From contig CAVQEQ010000004.1 in NCBI GenBank assembly GCA_963711565.1, forward strand, positions 1,408,001 through 1,472,000: 64,000 bases of DNA, in the 5' to 3' direction. The notes below the pieces were generated by a model that worked only from the letters and a program-made list of their open reading frames with translations, did not search any database and was not told the DNA's origin. This DNA is from an uncultured delta proteobacterium (GTDB taxonomy: Bacteria; Desulfobacterota; Binatia; Binatales; Binataceae). The stretch's first letter is position 1. Every line of letters begins with the position of its first letter. The position numbers were made by a program, and so were the translations under genes. Positions 18,059 through 28,326 of the stretch are shown here, in pieces.

Positions 18059-20659
18059 TCAGTAGGTCGGCAGAACTCCGGTCGAGGAGCCAACCGTGCC
18101 CGCGCGCTGGAACGGATTGCGCCCGAATGGCCGCTGCCCGATCGAACCCAAACCGCCGAGCGTCAACTGGAACTGGATCTGCACTTCGTTGGGATTGTAC
18201 GAATCGGTAAGGCCAACGTCCGCCGCCCAGCAATCGCACGGCGATTTGAGCCGCACGCCATATTCCGTCAACAGCATTTGAGTCGAAGCGATGTCGTATG
18301 AGGGCGCAAAGTACAGGCCCAACCTGTCGAACACCTCGGTGTACGCGGTGCCCGAAACGAACTCGGCGGCATTCTTGTTAGTCCCCTGAATGACCGTGTC
18401 GGTCCGATTCGCATAGTTGTATCCCAACTGTATGAACGAGCCTTGCAGCGCCTTGCCCATGTAAATATTCGACCCCGGCGTTAACCAAGGCGGCTGATAA
18501 CTTATCGACGTGTCCGCAAACGTGACCCCGGCATGATTGCGCGGGCTGTAATCAACCTCCGTGCTGAATGTCATAAGCTGGCTCAAATAGAGGTGCAGCA
18601 GCGCCTGGATGTCCGACATGTCCGAGTTCTCCGCCACTATGTGCCCGATGTCGTACGCCTGCTGTATCGTCAATGAACCAACCTGCGAGGAATGTTCGCC
18701 GTCGCGGACAATATTCCCGGCGTGTGGGATCGCCGTATCCTCGATCGGCTCTTCGCTGAGCGGCCCGGTCGCCGAATCGGCATCGGACAATCCCTCGTTC
18801 GGAGTCGCGTCCGTGGTCGTCTCCTCCGGCGGCAAATCTCTGGTTTTGGCGAACAGCTTGGTGGTGAAGCCGTAGGTGAAGAGACTGCGCGAGTTCAGGC
18901 GATCGAACGAATCGAACAGGGGCATGTTGCCCTGGTAGATATTCGGCACGTAGTAATAACTCGCAAACGGCTGAATGGTATTTTTGAGCGCCTCGACCGT
19001 CTTCCCGTCAACGTTGTAAACGCGATCGAGAATCGTGGAGATCCCGGCTTTTGCGTAAGGGACGATCCGCGCGGTGTCGCCCGCGGAGCTGAACGGGCTC
19101 AGCACCGCGCAATTGTTCCAAATGAGCTCCTGACCGCCGCCGTCAGCGCAAGTGTTGTTCTGGGGCTTGACCAATTCGGATTTAGGTGTGGTTCCGACCG
19201 GAATGATGTGGATATCATGTCCGTTGGTGTCATAGAACGCCGCCTGCGAACCTATCTGCCCGTAACCCTGTACGTAGTCGCCCCAACGCCATGGCAGCGT
19301 CACGCGAGGATTCGCGTCCAGCCGGAGGCCATCGATCCCTTCGTAGCGGTAGAAGTTGACCGCCTCCGCGTCGTAGTCCGCGTACATCAGGTTGTTGAAC
19401 AATTCCTGGCGTCCGGTCACCGTCGCATCGGGCAGCCGCTGCAACGCGAACTGCTGCGGCTGAATCAGATCCTGGTTCCAGCTTCCTTTGACGTTCACGT
19501 AGGCGTTTTCGAACTCGTCGAGCAGCCCGAAATCCGACGCCGCATCTCGCATCGAGCTCCAATTGTTGCTCTGGAAACCGCGCGACAGCGTCCACACATC
19601 CATCTCGCGCAGGTACAGGCTGTCGCTGACGGAGGCCGTGTCGGCGTACGCCATCAGATCGGGCGTGAGATGCTCCCGCGTCATCCCGATTATCCCGTAG
19701 CGGTCGAGCGGAATGTGCGGATCGGCGATCTGGTAGTCAACGGTGTCGTTGATGCGATTCTGGTCCGATCGGAGCGACTCGTTATAGAACGCGCCGTCCA
19801 CCCACAAATAATCGTCTTTGCCGTTGACCAGCCGATATTCACCCAAGCCACCGACGCGCTGCGAGGTCTCGATATCGAGCGCGACCGTCGCGTCGGAACT
19901 CTTGTTAATCGCCAGGTAGTACGGCTGCAGCCACTGAAAGCCGCGCAGCCCCGATTCACCCTCGCGCCCGCTCAGCAAGCCGCTGTGCCGATCCGTGTCC
20001 GCCGGGAAGACCAGGTACGGGAACGGAATCACCGGGTAGCCCGCCACGTTGAAGGTGCCATTGGTGGCATGGCCCGTATGGCCCATGTTCACCGTCATCT
20101 GGTCAGCGTTTATCGACCACGACGGCGTGCCCTTCTCGCATCCGCAGGTCGTGAAGAAACCCTTCTTCACAACGTAGTTCGGCCCTTCCTGCTTGATGAT
20201 CTCCTGACCCTCGAGGTGGTAAATGTCCTGCTTCGCCAACACCTTCGAGTTGTACAGCACCATCGTCTCATTGGTGATGTTGATCGTCGCCTTGGTCGCC
20301 CACATTTCGACTTCCGGATCGATCAGATGGACATTGCCGATAGCCGTGGCTTGCCGTTCACGGCGCATAATGTCGATTTCGTCGGCCTTCAGCACGCTGC
20401 CGCCCTGGGTCATGACGGCGTCGCCCTTGACGACGAAGGTGTCGGTCTTGGAGTCGTAGATCGTTTCCTGACCGGTGACGTTTACCGGAGCCTCATGCTC
20501 CGCGCGAACCGCGGGAGGAACTGCAAATCCTTTCGATTTTCGGGGCGGGGCTGTTTGTTGGGGCGGTGTGGCCGCATTGGCGATCGCCGGCGAGAGCATC
20601 GCGGCCAACACCATCGCGATCGCGATTCGTTTAAGCGCCGGCTTCAGGAAACAACCCAC
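18059..20659 (-). CDS. lptD: LPS-assembly protein LptD
   Basis: Signal peptide, OstA-like N-terminal domain (LKADEI, GNVHL), FTTC...PSW, R.SGLL, PYYLAI, C-terminal CDCW; downstream of folC. Confidence 0.85.
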   Translation of the reverse strand: MGCFLKPALKRIAIAMVLAAMLSPAIANAATPPQQTAPPRKSKGFAVPPAVRAEHEAPVNVTGQETIYDSKTDTFVVKGDAVMTQGGSVLKADEIDIMRRERQATAIGNVHLIDPEVEMWATKATINITNETMVLYNSKVLAKQDIYHLEGQEIIKQEGPNYVVKKGFFTTCGCEKGTPSWSINADQMTVNMGHTGHATNGTFNVAGYPVIPFPYLVFPADTDRHSGLLSGREGESGLRGFQWLQPYYLAINKSSDATVALDIETSQRVGGLGEYRLVNGKDDYLWVDGAFYNESLRSDQNRINDTVDYQIADPHIPLDRYGIIGMTREHLTPDLMAYADTASVSDSLYLREMDVWTLSRGFQSNNWSSMRDAASDFGLLDEFENAYVNVKGSWNQDLIQPQQFALQRLPDATVTGRQELFNNLMYADYDAEAVNFYRYEGIDGLRLDANPRVTLPWRWGDYVQGYGQIGSQAAFYDTNGHDIHIIPVGTTPKSELVKPQNNTCADGGGQELIWNNCAVLSPFSSAGDTARIVPYAKAGISTILDRVYNVDGKTVEALKNTIQPFASYYYVPNIYQGNMPLFDSFDRLNSRSLFTYGFTTKLFAKTRDLPPEETTTDATPNEGLSDADSATGPLSEEPIEDTAIPHAGNIVRDGEHSSQVGSLTIQQAYDIGHIVAENSDMSDIQALLHLYLSQLMTFSTEVDYSPRNHAGVTFADTSISYQPPWLTPGSNIYMGKALQGSFIQLGYNYANRTDTVIQGTNKNAAEFVSGTAYTEVFDRLGLYFAPSYDIASTQMLLTEYGVRLKSPCDCWAADVGLTDSYNPNEVQIQFQLTLGGLGSIGQRPFGRNPFQRAGTVGSSTGVLPTY

Positions 20660-21941
20660 TCCGCCCCTCGAGCGTCAGAAAATACGGGTAAACTTCGCCG
20701 ATAAGATACACCGATCCCGTAACCAGCGCCACGTCATTTGGCGTCAATTCGGAAATCACCCGCTCGATCGCACGCATCGAATCGCGCTCGACGCGCGCCG
20801 GACAATGCGCCGCGAAATGCGCGACCAGTTCCTCGGGCTCGAGCGGGCTCTTGGGCTTGGCGCGCGTCAAGGTTACGTCGCGCACGCGCGGACCGAGCAT
20901 CGCCGCCATCGCGGCCCACTCCTTCGCCGACTGGCATCCGAATATCAGGCGCGGCTTCACGTCCGGCCCGAGCTCGACGCTCATCGTCTCGAGCAGTGCC
21001 GCGATACTCATTTCGTTGTGCGCACAATCAAGAATTACCAGCGGCCGCTTCGATACGATGTCGAACCGCCCCGGCCAGTATATTTCCCGCAGACCTTTCC
21101 TGATTGCGTCCTCGTCCATCCGCCAACCCTGCGCGCGCAGCGCCTCGAGCGTAGCGACCGCAATCGCGGCATTCTCCTGTTGAAACGGTCCCGCCAGCCC
21201 AAGCTCGAGATCGCGCAGCTCCAACCCGAGTCCGTGGTAGTCCATTCGATGCGCGGGCGCTTGCGAATCGAACGAAAAATCGCGGTCGATCAGACGCACC
21301 GCACTTCCGCGCTGACCAGCAATCAACGTCAGCGCCAGCCGCGCTTCAGGGTCGCGCGCGCCAATCACCACGGGAATGTTGTTCTTGATAATCCCACCCT
21401 TCTCGCCCGCAATCGCGGCAATCGTGTGGCCGAGATATTCCATGTGATCGAAACCGATCGGCGTGATCACGCTCAACATCGGCGTGACGACGTTGGTCGA
21501 ATCGAGCCGCCCGCCAAGTCCCGTCTCTACCACCGCGATATCGACGTTCTCCTCGGCGAAGTAGAGGAACATCATCGCGACCGTGAACTCGAAAAACGTG
21601 AGCGCCATGCCCGCGCGGTCGTAAATCGCGCGCAGCCGCTCGATGTAATGGAGCATCAGCGCCGCTGGAATCTCGGCGCCGGAGATTCGCGTCCGCTCGG
21701 CCAAATTCACAAGATGCGGCTTGGTGTAGAGTCCGGTTCGATACCCCGCCTGCCGCAAACAACTGTCGAGCATGGCGGCAACCGAACCCTTGCCCTTGGT
21801 ACCAGCAATATGAACAGCGCGCAGCTTGCGATGCGGATTGCCAATAAGCTCGAGCGCGGCCTCCATCCGCTCAAGCTTGTAAATCTCGCCGCGCGCTTCC
21901 AGCGAATAGAGCCAGTCGAGAGTCTTCGAGAGTTGGTCCAT
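20631..21941 (-). CDS. folC: Folylpolyglutamate synthase / dihydrofolate synthase
   Basis: HIAGTKGKGS, ETGLGGRLDSTNV, IAGEKGGI, WPGRF, LDCAHN and GSVYLIGE motifs. Confidence 0.95.
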   Translation of the reverse strand: MDQLSKTLDWLYSLEARGEIYKLERMEAALELIGNPHRKLRAVHIAGTKGKGSVAAMLDSCLRQAGYRTGLYTKPHLVNLAERTRISGAEIPAALMLHYIERLRAIYDRAGMALTFFEFTVAMMFLYFAEENVDIAVVETGLGGRLDSTNVVTPMLSVITPIGFDHMEYLGHTIAAIAGEKGGIIKNNIPVVIGARDPEARLALTLIAGQRGSAVRLIDRDFSFDSQAPAHRMDYHGLGLELRDLELGLAGPFQQENAAIAVATLEALRAQGWRMDEDAIRKGLREIYWPGRFDIVSKRPLVILDCAHNEMSIAALLETMSVELGPDVKPRLIFGCQSAKEWAAMAAMLGPRVRDVTLTRAKPKSPLEPEELVAHFAAHCPARVERDSMRAIERVISELTPNDVALVTGSVYLIGEVYPYFLTLEGRSGLFPEAGA

Positions 21942-22061
21942 TTCCAGCCCGGAGTTTACCGGCTATCTGTCACACGAGGAAGATTTCGCGGGTCTGCCTG
22001 CGCAGCTCCTATATGCACGGGAGGCTGGAAATTGTAACTGTACGCGTCTCAGGAGAAATCA

Positions 22062-22352
22062 ATGAGCGAAGGCAGGCGGTTCGACGATGAACAGTTGCGG
22101 GGCGCCAGGTTCCGCGGATGCGGTCTGGCGCAAGCGGAGTTTGATGACGTGGAGTTGGCTGATGCCAGATTCACCAACGTGAATTTGCGCGGGGCGTCGT
22201 TCACCAACATAAACCTGCAAGGCGCTAAGGTTACCGACGCTAATCTCGCCAACGTCAGCATCGACGACTCGAACATCGTCGGCCTCACGATCCTCGGCTG
22301 GAACATCGCGGACCTGATCAAAGAGGCGCAGCAGGGAAAAGGTTCAGGCTAA
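22062..22352 (+). CDS. Pentapeptide repeat protein
   Basis: A(D/N)Lxx-type repeats (ARFTNVNLRGASFTNINLQGAKVTDANL); AGGAG ribosome binding site. Confidence 0.85.
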   Translation: MSEGRRFDDEQLRGARFRGCGLAQAEFDDVELADARFTNVNLRGASFTNINLQGAKVTDANLANVSIDDSNIVGLTILGWNIADLIKEAQQGKGSG

Positions 22353-22444
22353 GATATTCCTCGACGCTTACCCTTCGATGCACCCGCGCCCGCGCCCCGG
22401 TCGCCGCGCGGCCTCGTCAGCATCGCGAGAATTCGCGCTAGCAT
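22349..22444 (-). pseudogene. Orphan duplicate of the accD 3' end (31 codons plus TAG)
   Basis: Translates MLARILAMLTRPRGDRGAGAGASKGKRRGIS*, versus the accD tail TLARILAMLTKPRANRGAAPSASKGKRRRFRDGS*. By hand count 22365-22444 matches 23036-23115 at 60/80 nt with no gaps. Confidence 0.85.
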
Positions 22445-22447
22445 AAG

Positions 22448-22507
22448 CCCCTCACTTAACACCTCCCTCTTTGTGGTATCCCGACCGAAGTCTGTGGAGC
22501 GGAGGGA
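22448..22507. repeat. Degenerate REP-like element (CCCTCAC.TAAC.CCTCC...GGAGGGA)
   Basis: Shares the CCCTCAC(C/T)TAAC head and GAGGG tail with the copies at 3396-3432 and 54567-54605. Confidence 0.5.
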
Positions 22508-22632
22508 TCACCAAACCAACCACCTTGAAGAAAACCCCAACCACTCTCGTCTAACACCCGACTCGGACTCGCAACCGTAGCAAGACCGCTTGTGAACTTC
22601 CGTCTTGCGAAAAACCCTTCGTGAGGTTTTCG

Positions 22633-22986
22633 ATGCGCAAAGGATGGATAGCTTTTCTAATCGGAGCTTTCGTCGTGACGGTGACGCATGCCGGGGTCGC
22701 CCGAGCCCTTACGTGCACTTACGAATCAACCCCGACAACCGGCAACCCTCTATCTCAGTGCTACGTCACAGGTGACGGAACACCTTGTCCACACGGTACC
22801 CAAATAACCGGCGGAGCCTGTTCCAGCGATCCAGCCCTGCCTCTCGTGAGTTCCGAGGTAATCGAAACCCCCGGCGTAACCGATCCGTTCAGTTGGCGCT
22901 GTACCTACCAGCTTCCAACTGTCGGTGACGTCTGCCAAGGGTTGAACAACGTCACCATCACGGCGACGAGTATCTGCTGCAAGTAG
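22633..22986 (+). CDS. Small secreted cysteine-rich hypothetical protein (8 Cys); alternative start GTG 22621
   Basis: Signal peptide ending ARA; CP.G...TGGAC...W.C...ICCK pattern; more A/T-ending codons than the flanking genes. Confidence 0.7.
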   Translation: MRKGWIAFLIGAFVVTVTHAGVARALTCTYESTPTTGNPLSQCYVTGDGTPCPHGTQITGGACSSDPALPLVSSEVIETPGVTDPFSWRCTYQLPTVGDVCQGLNNVTITATSICCK

Positions 22987-23010
22987 ACCCGGCGCCGGGG
23001 TCTTGCGGCA

Positions 23011-23904
23011 TCAGGACCCGTCCCTGAAGCGCCTGCGCTTGCCTTTCGATGCTGACGGAGCTGCGCCCCGATTCGCTCGCGGCTTTGTCAGCATCGCGAG
23101 GATTCGTGCCAGCGTGAAGCGCATCTGATGGCGCGGGACGATCGCGTCCAGCATTCCATGCGCGAGCATGAATTCGGCGCGCTGAAAATCTTCGGGCAAC
23201 TCCTGGTTGCTGGTCTGCGCCGTCACGCAACGTCCCGCGAATCCGATCAGCGCGCCGGGCTCCGAGATGTTCAAATCGCCCAGCATCGCGAACGAAGCGG
23301 CGACGCCGCCGATGGTTGGATCGCACAGCACGGAAATATACGGGAGGCGCGAGGCGCGAAAACGGGCGATCGCGGAAGATACTTTCGCCATCTGCATCAA
23401 CGAGAGCGCACCTTCCTGCATCCGCGCGCCGCCCGACGCGATAAATAAAATCACCGGCAAGCGGCGCTCGCCCGCGACGTCGAACAGCCGCGCGAGCTTC
23501 TCGCCCACCACCACGCCCATGCTGCCGCCCATGAACTCGAAATCCATTACGCCGATCGCCACCGGCCGATTCTCGATTTTGCCGAGGCCGACGACCACCG
23601 CGTCGTTGCGGCCGCTGCTCGCGCGCGCCTGCTCCATCCGATTTGGATACGGGCGCGTATCGACGAAGCCGAGCGGATCGCCAATCGCCATCTCGGCCAT
23701 CAGCTCGCGCCACGTCCCGCGATCGACGCTGATTGAAAGCCGTTGCCCGACGGTGACGCGGAAATGATGGCCGCACTTGGGACATACGTTCAGATTGCGC
23801 TCCACTTCCTTGCGGAACGCCATCTCCTTGCACGACGGGCACTTCGACCAGATATCGTCGGAGGGCGCCTGCGCCGAGGCCGGCGTTTGTTCGCGCTCAG
23901 CCAT
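23011..23904 (-). CDS. accD: Acetyl-CoA carboxylase carboxyltransferase beta subunit
   Basis: Zn ribbon WSKCPSC...VCPKCGHH; FMGGSMG, SGGARMQEG, GGVAASFA and FQRAEF motifs; start overlaps the trpA stop. Confidence 0.96.
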   Translation of the reverse strand: MAEREQTPASAQAPSDDIWSKCPSCKEMAFRKEVERNLNVCPKCGHHFRVTVGQRLSISVDRGTWRELMAEMAIGDPLGFVDTRPYPNRMEQARASSGRNDAVVVGLGKIENRPVAIGVMDFEFMGGSMGVVVGEKLARLFDVAGERRLPVILFIASGGARMQEGALSLMQMAKVSSAIARFRASRLPYISVLCDPTIGGVAASFAMLGDLNISEPGALIGFAGRCVTAQTSNQELPEDFQRAEFMLAHGMLDAIVPRHQMRFTLARILAMLTKPRANRGAAPSASKGKRRRFRDGS

Positions 23905-24745
23905 CTGAATTCTCCGCTGCGGCATGATCCGTTCGCCGTGCCGCTTTCATCGCATCTTTCATCGCGCCGACCAATCCGCCCACCGCCTCCGGCACGTCGC
24001 CGGATTTGGCGTGCGCTTCGACTATCATGGAAATCGCGCTGCCGACTACGACCGCGTCCGCCATCGTTGCGACCTCGGCGGCCTGCGCGGGCGTCGAGAT
24101 GCCGAAGCCGACGCCGATCGGCAGATCGGTCACGCTGCGAATCTCGCGCATGTGATCGCCGATGCCGGTATCAAGATGAGCGCGCGCGCCAGTCACCCCA
24201 GTCAACGACACATAGTATAGGAAGCCACTGGCGGAGCGCGCGATCGCGCGGCTTCGCTCCATCGGCGTCGTCGGCGCGAGCAGATAGATCAGGTCGAGGC
24301 CGTTGGCGCGCGCGGGTTTCTTGAGCTCGCCCGCTTCCTCCGGCGGCAAATCCACGACCAGCAACGCGTCGATACCTGCGCGCGCGGCGTCAGCGCAGAG
24401 CCGATCGCATCCGTAATGAAAAATCGGGTTGTAGTAGCCGAACAGGATCAGCGGAATCTGCGTCTGCGCGCGAAGCTCGCTCACCATCGAGAGTATCGCC
24501 GCCAACGAGGCGCCCGCGCCAAGTCCGCGCGCGATCGCGCGCTGATTGGCGGGCCCGTCCGCCATCGGATCGGAAAACGGCACGCCCAACTCGATCAAGT
24601 CGGCGCCGCGAGCCTCGAGTTCGAGCACGAGGCGCCGCGTCGTGTCCATATCGGGATCGCCGGCGACGATGAACGGGATCAGCGCCGCCTCGCCGCGCGC
24701 GCGCAGCTCGCGAAATTTACGTTTGATTCTATGCGCTGCCGCCAT
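23897..24745 (-). CDS. trpA: Tryptophan synthase alpha chain
   Basis: IELGVPFSDPMADGP, VDLPPEE, YYVSLTGVTG and VGFGIS motifs; start placed at ATG 24745. Confidence 0.96.
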   Translation of the reverse strand: MAAAHRIKRKFRELRARGEAALIPFIVAGDPDMDTTRRLVLELEARGADLIELGVPFSDPMADGPANQRAIARGLGAGASLAAILSMVSELRAQTQIPLILFGYYNPIFHYGCDRLCADAARAGIDALLVVDLPPEEAGELKKPARANGLDLIYLLAPTTPMERSRAIARSASGFLYYVSLTGVTGARAHLDTGIGDHMREIRSVTDLPIGVGFGISTPAQAAEVATMADAVVVGSAISMIVEAHAKSGDVPEAVGGLVGAMKDAMKAARRTDHAAAENSDG

Positions 24746-24747
24746 AA

Positions 24748-25942
24748 CTACACCGTCACCCCGAGCGCCCTGGCGACCGTCTGCATATCCTTGTCGCCGC
24801 GCCCCGACAGATTCACGATCATGATTTGTTCCTTCGCCATCTGCGGCGCCAGCTTGATCGCCTGCGCCACCGCATGCGCACTTTCGAGCGCCGGGATAAT
24901 TCCCTCGGTCTCCGACAGCGTCTTCAGGGCGTCGAGCGCTTCGGAATCTGTGACCGAAGTATATTCGGCGCGGCCAACGTCGTTCAGCCACGAATGCTCG
25001 GGGCCGACGCCGGGGTAATCGAGTCCCGCGGCGATCGAATGCGTCTCGCGAATCTGGCCGAGCTCGTCTTGCAGCAAGTAGGTCTTGTTGCCGTGCAGCA
25101 CACCGACGCTGCCCTGGGTGATCGTGGCAGCATGATGCGGTCCGCTGATGCCGAGACCGGCCGCCTCGACGCCGATCATCTTCACGTTACTGTCTTTGAT
25201 GAACGGATAGAAAAGCCCGATCGCGTTTGAGCCGCCGTTGACGCATGCGACCAGCACGTCGGGCAGACGGCCTTCATGCGTGAGAATCTGGCGGCGGGCC
25301 TCGCGCCCGATGACCGCTTGGAAGTCGCGCACGATCATCGGGTATGGATGCGGTCCCGCCGTCGTGCCGATCAGGTAGTAGGTGTTGCGCACGGTCGCGA
25401 TCCAATCGCGCAGCGCTTCGCTCATCGAGTCCTTCAGGCTCTTGCTGCCCGCATCGACGGGCGTGACTTTCGCGCCAAGCAGCTTCATCCGAAAGACGTT
25501 GAGCGATTGACGCTCGAACGTCGAGCGAGCCCATGAAGACTTCGCACTCGCGGCGAAAGAGCGCCGCCATCGTGGCCGTCGCGACGCCATGCTGTCCCGC
25601 GCCCGTCTCGGCCGTGATGCGCGACTTGTTCATGCGCACGGCGAGCAGAGCCTGGCCGAGCGTGTTGTTCACCTTGTGCGCGCCGGTGTGGCAGAGATCC
25701 TCGCGCTTCATATAAATCTTCGCGCCGCCGAGTTTTGCGGTGAGATTCTCGCACAGGTAAAGCGGCGTCGGGCGTCCGACGAACTCGCGCGAACGATCCT
25801 CCAGCTCGGCGCGAAATTTTGGATCGCGGCGGGCCTCCTTGTAGGCGCGCTCGAGCTCGAACAACGCCGGCATCAGAGTTTCAGCGACGTACTTGCCGCC
25901 GAACTGGCCGAAGTGGCCGCGGCTATCGGGAACGTTTTGCAT
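24748..25942 (-). CDS. trpB: Tryptophan synthase beta chain; frameshifted by one extra base at 25517-25518 (probable sequence error)
   Basis: N-half has [15 protein letters not shown] and ETGAGQHG; C-half has [19 protein letters not shown] and NLSGRGDKD. Removing one T from GAC GTT CGAG restores [12 protein letters not shown]. Confidence 0.95.
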
Positions 25943-26531
25943 TGGTAATGAAGCTCCTCAGTTTATCGTGGTCCTTGACTCCCGGCGACGACTCGACGCC
26001 GCCGGCGCAATCGACCGCATAAGGTTCGAGTGCGGCCACCTCGGCAACATTGTCGGGATTCAATCCGCCGGCGACGAACGCGCGACTCAAATCAAGCCGG
26101 CGAAGTTGATCCAGCGGAATACGGCAGCCCGTGCCGCCGCGCAGTTTCGCGTCGAAGGCGTCGAGCAGCACATAGTTGGCTCGATGCGGCATCGCACTGG
26201 ATGTATAGCCAGGCTTCAAACGGTGCGTGAGGATCGTTGGCACCGGCCAGCCTGCGAGCATCGCGTCGTCTTCGTCGCCGGAGAACTGAATCATATCGAG
26301 CGCCGCTGCCCGCAACCGGTCATCGACATAAGCGCGCGCCGCGTTCACGAATACTCCGACCAGCGCGGCGCTTGATCCAATCGCCGCCCGAATCTTTCTC
26401 GCGCGATCGATCTCGACATAGCGCGGACTCTTTGCGTAGAAATTCAGCCCGAGCATGTCGGCGCCCGCGGCGATTGCCGCGCGCGCATCCTCGACGCGCG
26501 TGATGCCGCAGATTTTGACGCGTACCGTCAT
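25923..26531 (-). CDS. trpF: Phosphoribosylanthranilate isomerase
   Basis: [27 protein letters not shown] and [10 protein letters not shown] motifs. Confidence 0.95.
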   Translation of the reverse strand: MTVRVKICGITRVEDARAAIAAGADMLGLNFYAKSPRYVEIDRARKIRAAIGSSAALVGVFVNAARAYVDDRLRAAALDMIQFSGDEDDAMLAGWPVPTILTHRLKPGYTSSAMPHRANYVLLDAFDAKLRGGTGCRIPLDQLRRLDLSRAFVAGGLNPDNVAEVAALEPYAVDCAGGVESSPGVKDHDKLRSFITNAKRSR

Positions 26532-27307
26532 AACGCGCGCATCAACTCGCCGAGCTTCGCGCCCGGCGTGCCGCCTTTCAGCAGACTCTCACCGATCAGA
26601 AACGCACCCGCGCCCGCCGCGTCGAGCCGCCGAATATCGCTCGGCGAATCAATCCCGCTTTCCGTGACGATCAGCGCGTCGCCCTTGTAGCCTGCGAGGA
26701 TGCGCTCGGTCACGGCGATATCGGTCACGAAAGTGTGCAAGTCGCGGTTGTTGATGCCGATCAAACCAGCGCCGATTTTCTCCGCGAGCGCGAACTCTGC
26801 GGCGTCGTGCGATTCGACCAGCGTCGCCATCCCAAGCTCGCGCGCGAGCGCCGCCAGCGAGCGCAGCTCGCCCTCTTTCAGCATCGCGGCGATCAGCAGA
26901 ATACAATCCGCACCGGCCGCACGCGCCTCATAAACCTGGTACGGCTCGAAAATGAAATCCTTGCGCAGCAATGGAACATCCACGGCGGCGCGGACTGCGC
27001 GCAAATCGTCGAGCGTGCCCTTGAAATGCACGTCAGTCAGAACGGAAATCGCAGCGGCGCCGACGGCGACATACTCGCGCGCCACGTTCGCCGGATCGAG
27101 TCCCGGCATGATGTCGCCCTTGCTCGGTGAGGCGCGTTTGATCTCCGCGACTATTGCGGGACGCCGCGCGCGCAGCGCCGCGATCAAATCGCGCGGCTTG
27201 GGCGCGCGCCCCGCTTCCGCAACAATCGCCATCGGCGACACGACTGCGCGTCGCTCGCGCACTTCGACACGCTTGGCGGCGTAAATGTTGTCGAGTATCG
27301 AAGTCAT
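26528..27307 (-). CDS. trpC: Indole-3-glycerol phosphate synthase
   Basis: AEIKRASPSKG, ISVLTD, LRKDFI, GINNRDL and ESGI motifs. Confidence 0.96.
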   Translation of the reverse strand: MTSILDNIYAAKRVEVRERRAVVSPMAIVAEAGRAPKPRDLIAALRARRPAIVAEIKRASPSKGDIMPGLDPANVAREYVAVGAAAISVLTDVHFKGTLDDLRAVRAAVDVPLLRKDFIFEPYQVYEARAAGADCILLIAAMLKEGELRSLAALARELGMATLVESHDAAEFALAEKIGAGLIGINNRDLHTFVTDIAVTERILAGYKGDALIVTESGIDSPSDIRRLDAAGAGAFLIGESLLKGGTPGAKLGELMRAL

Positions 27308-28326
27308 TGTACTCCGTTGCTGGCGCGGCGGAGTTTGTCGAGGACTTCCAGGGCGCGCCTCGAGGCGATAATTTCGCGCGCCACACCGACGCCTTCTGTT
27401 AGCGAAGCGGCCTTGCCGCCGACGTAGATCGAGGCGCCGCCGTTGAGCGCGAGCACATCTTGCGCCGCGCCCGCGCCGCCATCAAGCGCGCCGCGCAGAA
27501 CCCGCACGGCATCGTCGAGATCCTTGATTACCAACGTGCGATGGTCGCCACGCGCCATGCCGAGGCTTTCGGGCGTGATTTCATATTCGGTCATCTTTCC
27601 GTCGCGAAGTTCCGCCACACGAGTCGGACCGCTGATGGCGATTTCATCGATACCGTCGCCGCCATGCACGACCATCGCGCGCCGCGTTCCCAGCGCCTTG
27701 AGCGCATGCGCCATCGGCCGGATCAAATTCTCATCGGCGACGCCCAGCAGATGGAAGTGCGGACGCGCCGGGTTGCCGAGCGACCCCATCAAATTGAAGA
27801 TAGTGCGGATTCGGAGCTCGCGTCTGAGCGGCGCGATCTTCTTGAACGCGGGATGATACGCCTGCGCGAAGATGTGACAGCATCCCGCCGCGTCGAGGCA
27901 TCGCTTCAGCCCCTCAGGATCGCAATCGATCTTCACGCCCATCGCCTCGAGCACGTCGGCCGTTCCTACCGTGCCGCTGATCGCGCGATTGCCGTGCTTG
28001 GCGACCGGCACGCCCGCCGCGGCAGCGATCAGCGCTGCGCCGGTCGAGATGTTGAAGGTGCTCGCGCCGTCGCCGCCGGTGCCGCAGGTATCGAGCACTT
28101 CGCCGTCGCGAAGATTGAGCGGACGCGCCCTCGTCAGCATCGCGCGCACTGCGCCTGCCAGCTCGTCGGCCTCGGCGCCTTTGATTTTCAATGCAACGAG
28201 AAACGCGCCGACTACGGCGTCGTGCGCGCCGCCGTCCATAATCTCGCCGATCGCGAGTTCGGCCTCAGCGTCGGTGAGCGAGCGCCCGTCGATGAGCGCT
28301 TGCAGCGCGTCGTGAAGTCCGCTCAT
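27304..28326 (-). CDS. trpD: Anthranilate phosphoribosyltransferase
   Basis: [26 protein letters not shown] and DGIDE motifs. Confidence 0.96.
   Translation of the reverse strand: MSGLHDALQALIDGRSLTDAEAELAIGEIMDGGAHDAVVGAFLVALKIKGAEADELAGAVRAMLTRARPLNLRDGEVLDTCGTGGDGASTFNISTGAALIAAAAGVPVAKHGNRAISGTVGTADVLEAMGVKIDCDPEGLKRCLDAAGCCHIFAQAYHPAFKKIAPLRRELRIRTIFNLMGSLGNPARPHFHLLGVADENLIRPMAHALKALGTRRAMVVHGGDGIDEIAISGPTRVAELRDGKMTEYEITPESLGMARGDHRTLVIKDLDDAVRVLRGALDGGAGAAQDVLALNGGASIYVGGKAASLTEGVGVAREIIASRRALEVLDKLRRASNGVQ

Noticed and set aside
18692-20704. 670-aa plus-strand ORF opposite lptD
   Set aside because: Antisense shadow typical of high-GC codon bias; no recognisable motifs.
20475-22037. 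520-aa plus-strand ORF opposite folC
   Set aside because: Arg-rich antisense shadow frame with no motifs.
25511-25520. Programmed ribosomal frameshifting in trpB (and likewise in trpE)
   Set aside because: No slippery heptamer or obvious stimulatory structure; a single duplicated base explains each shift.
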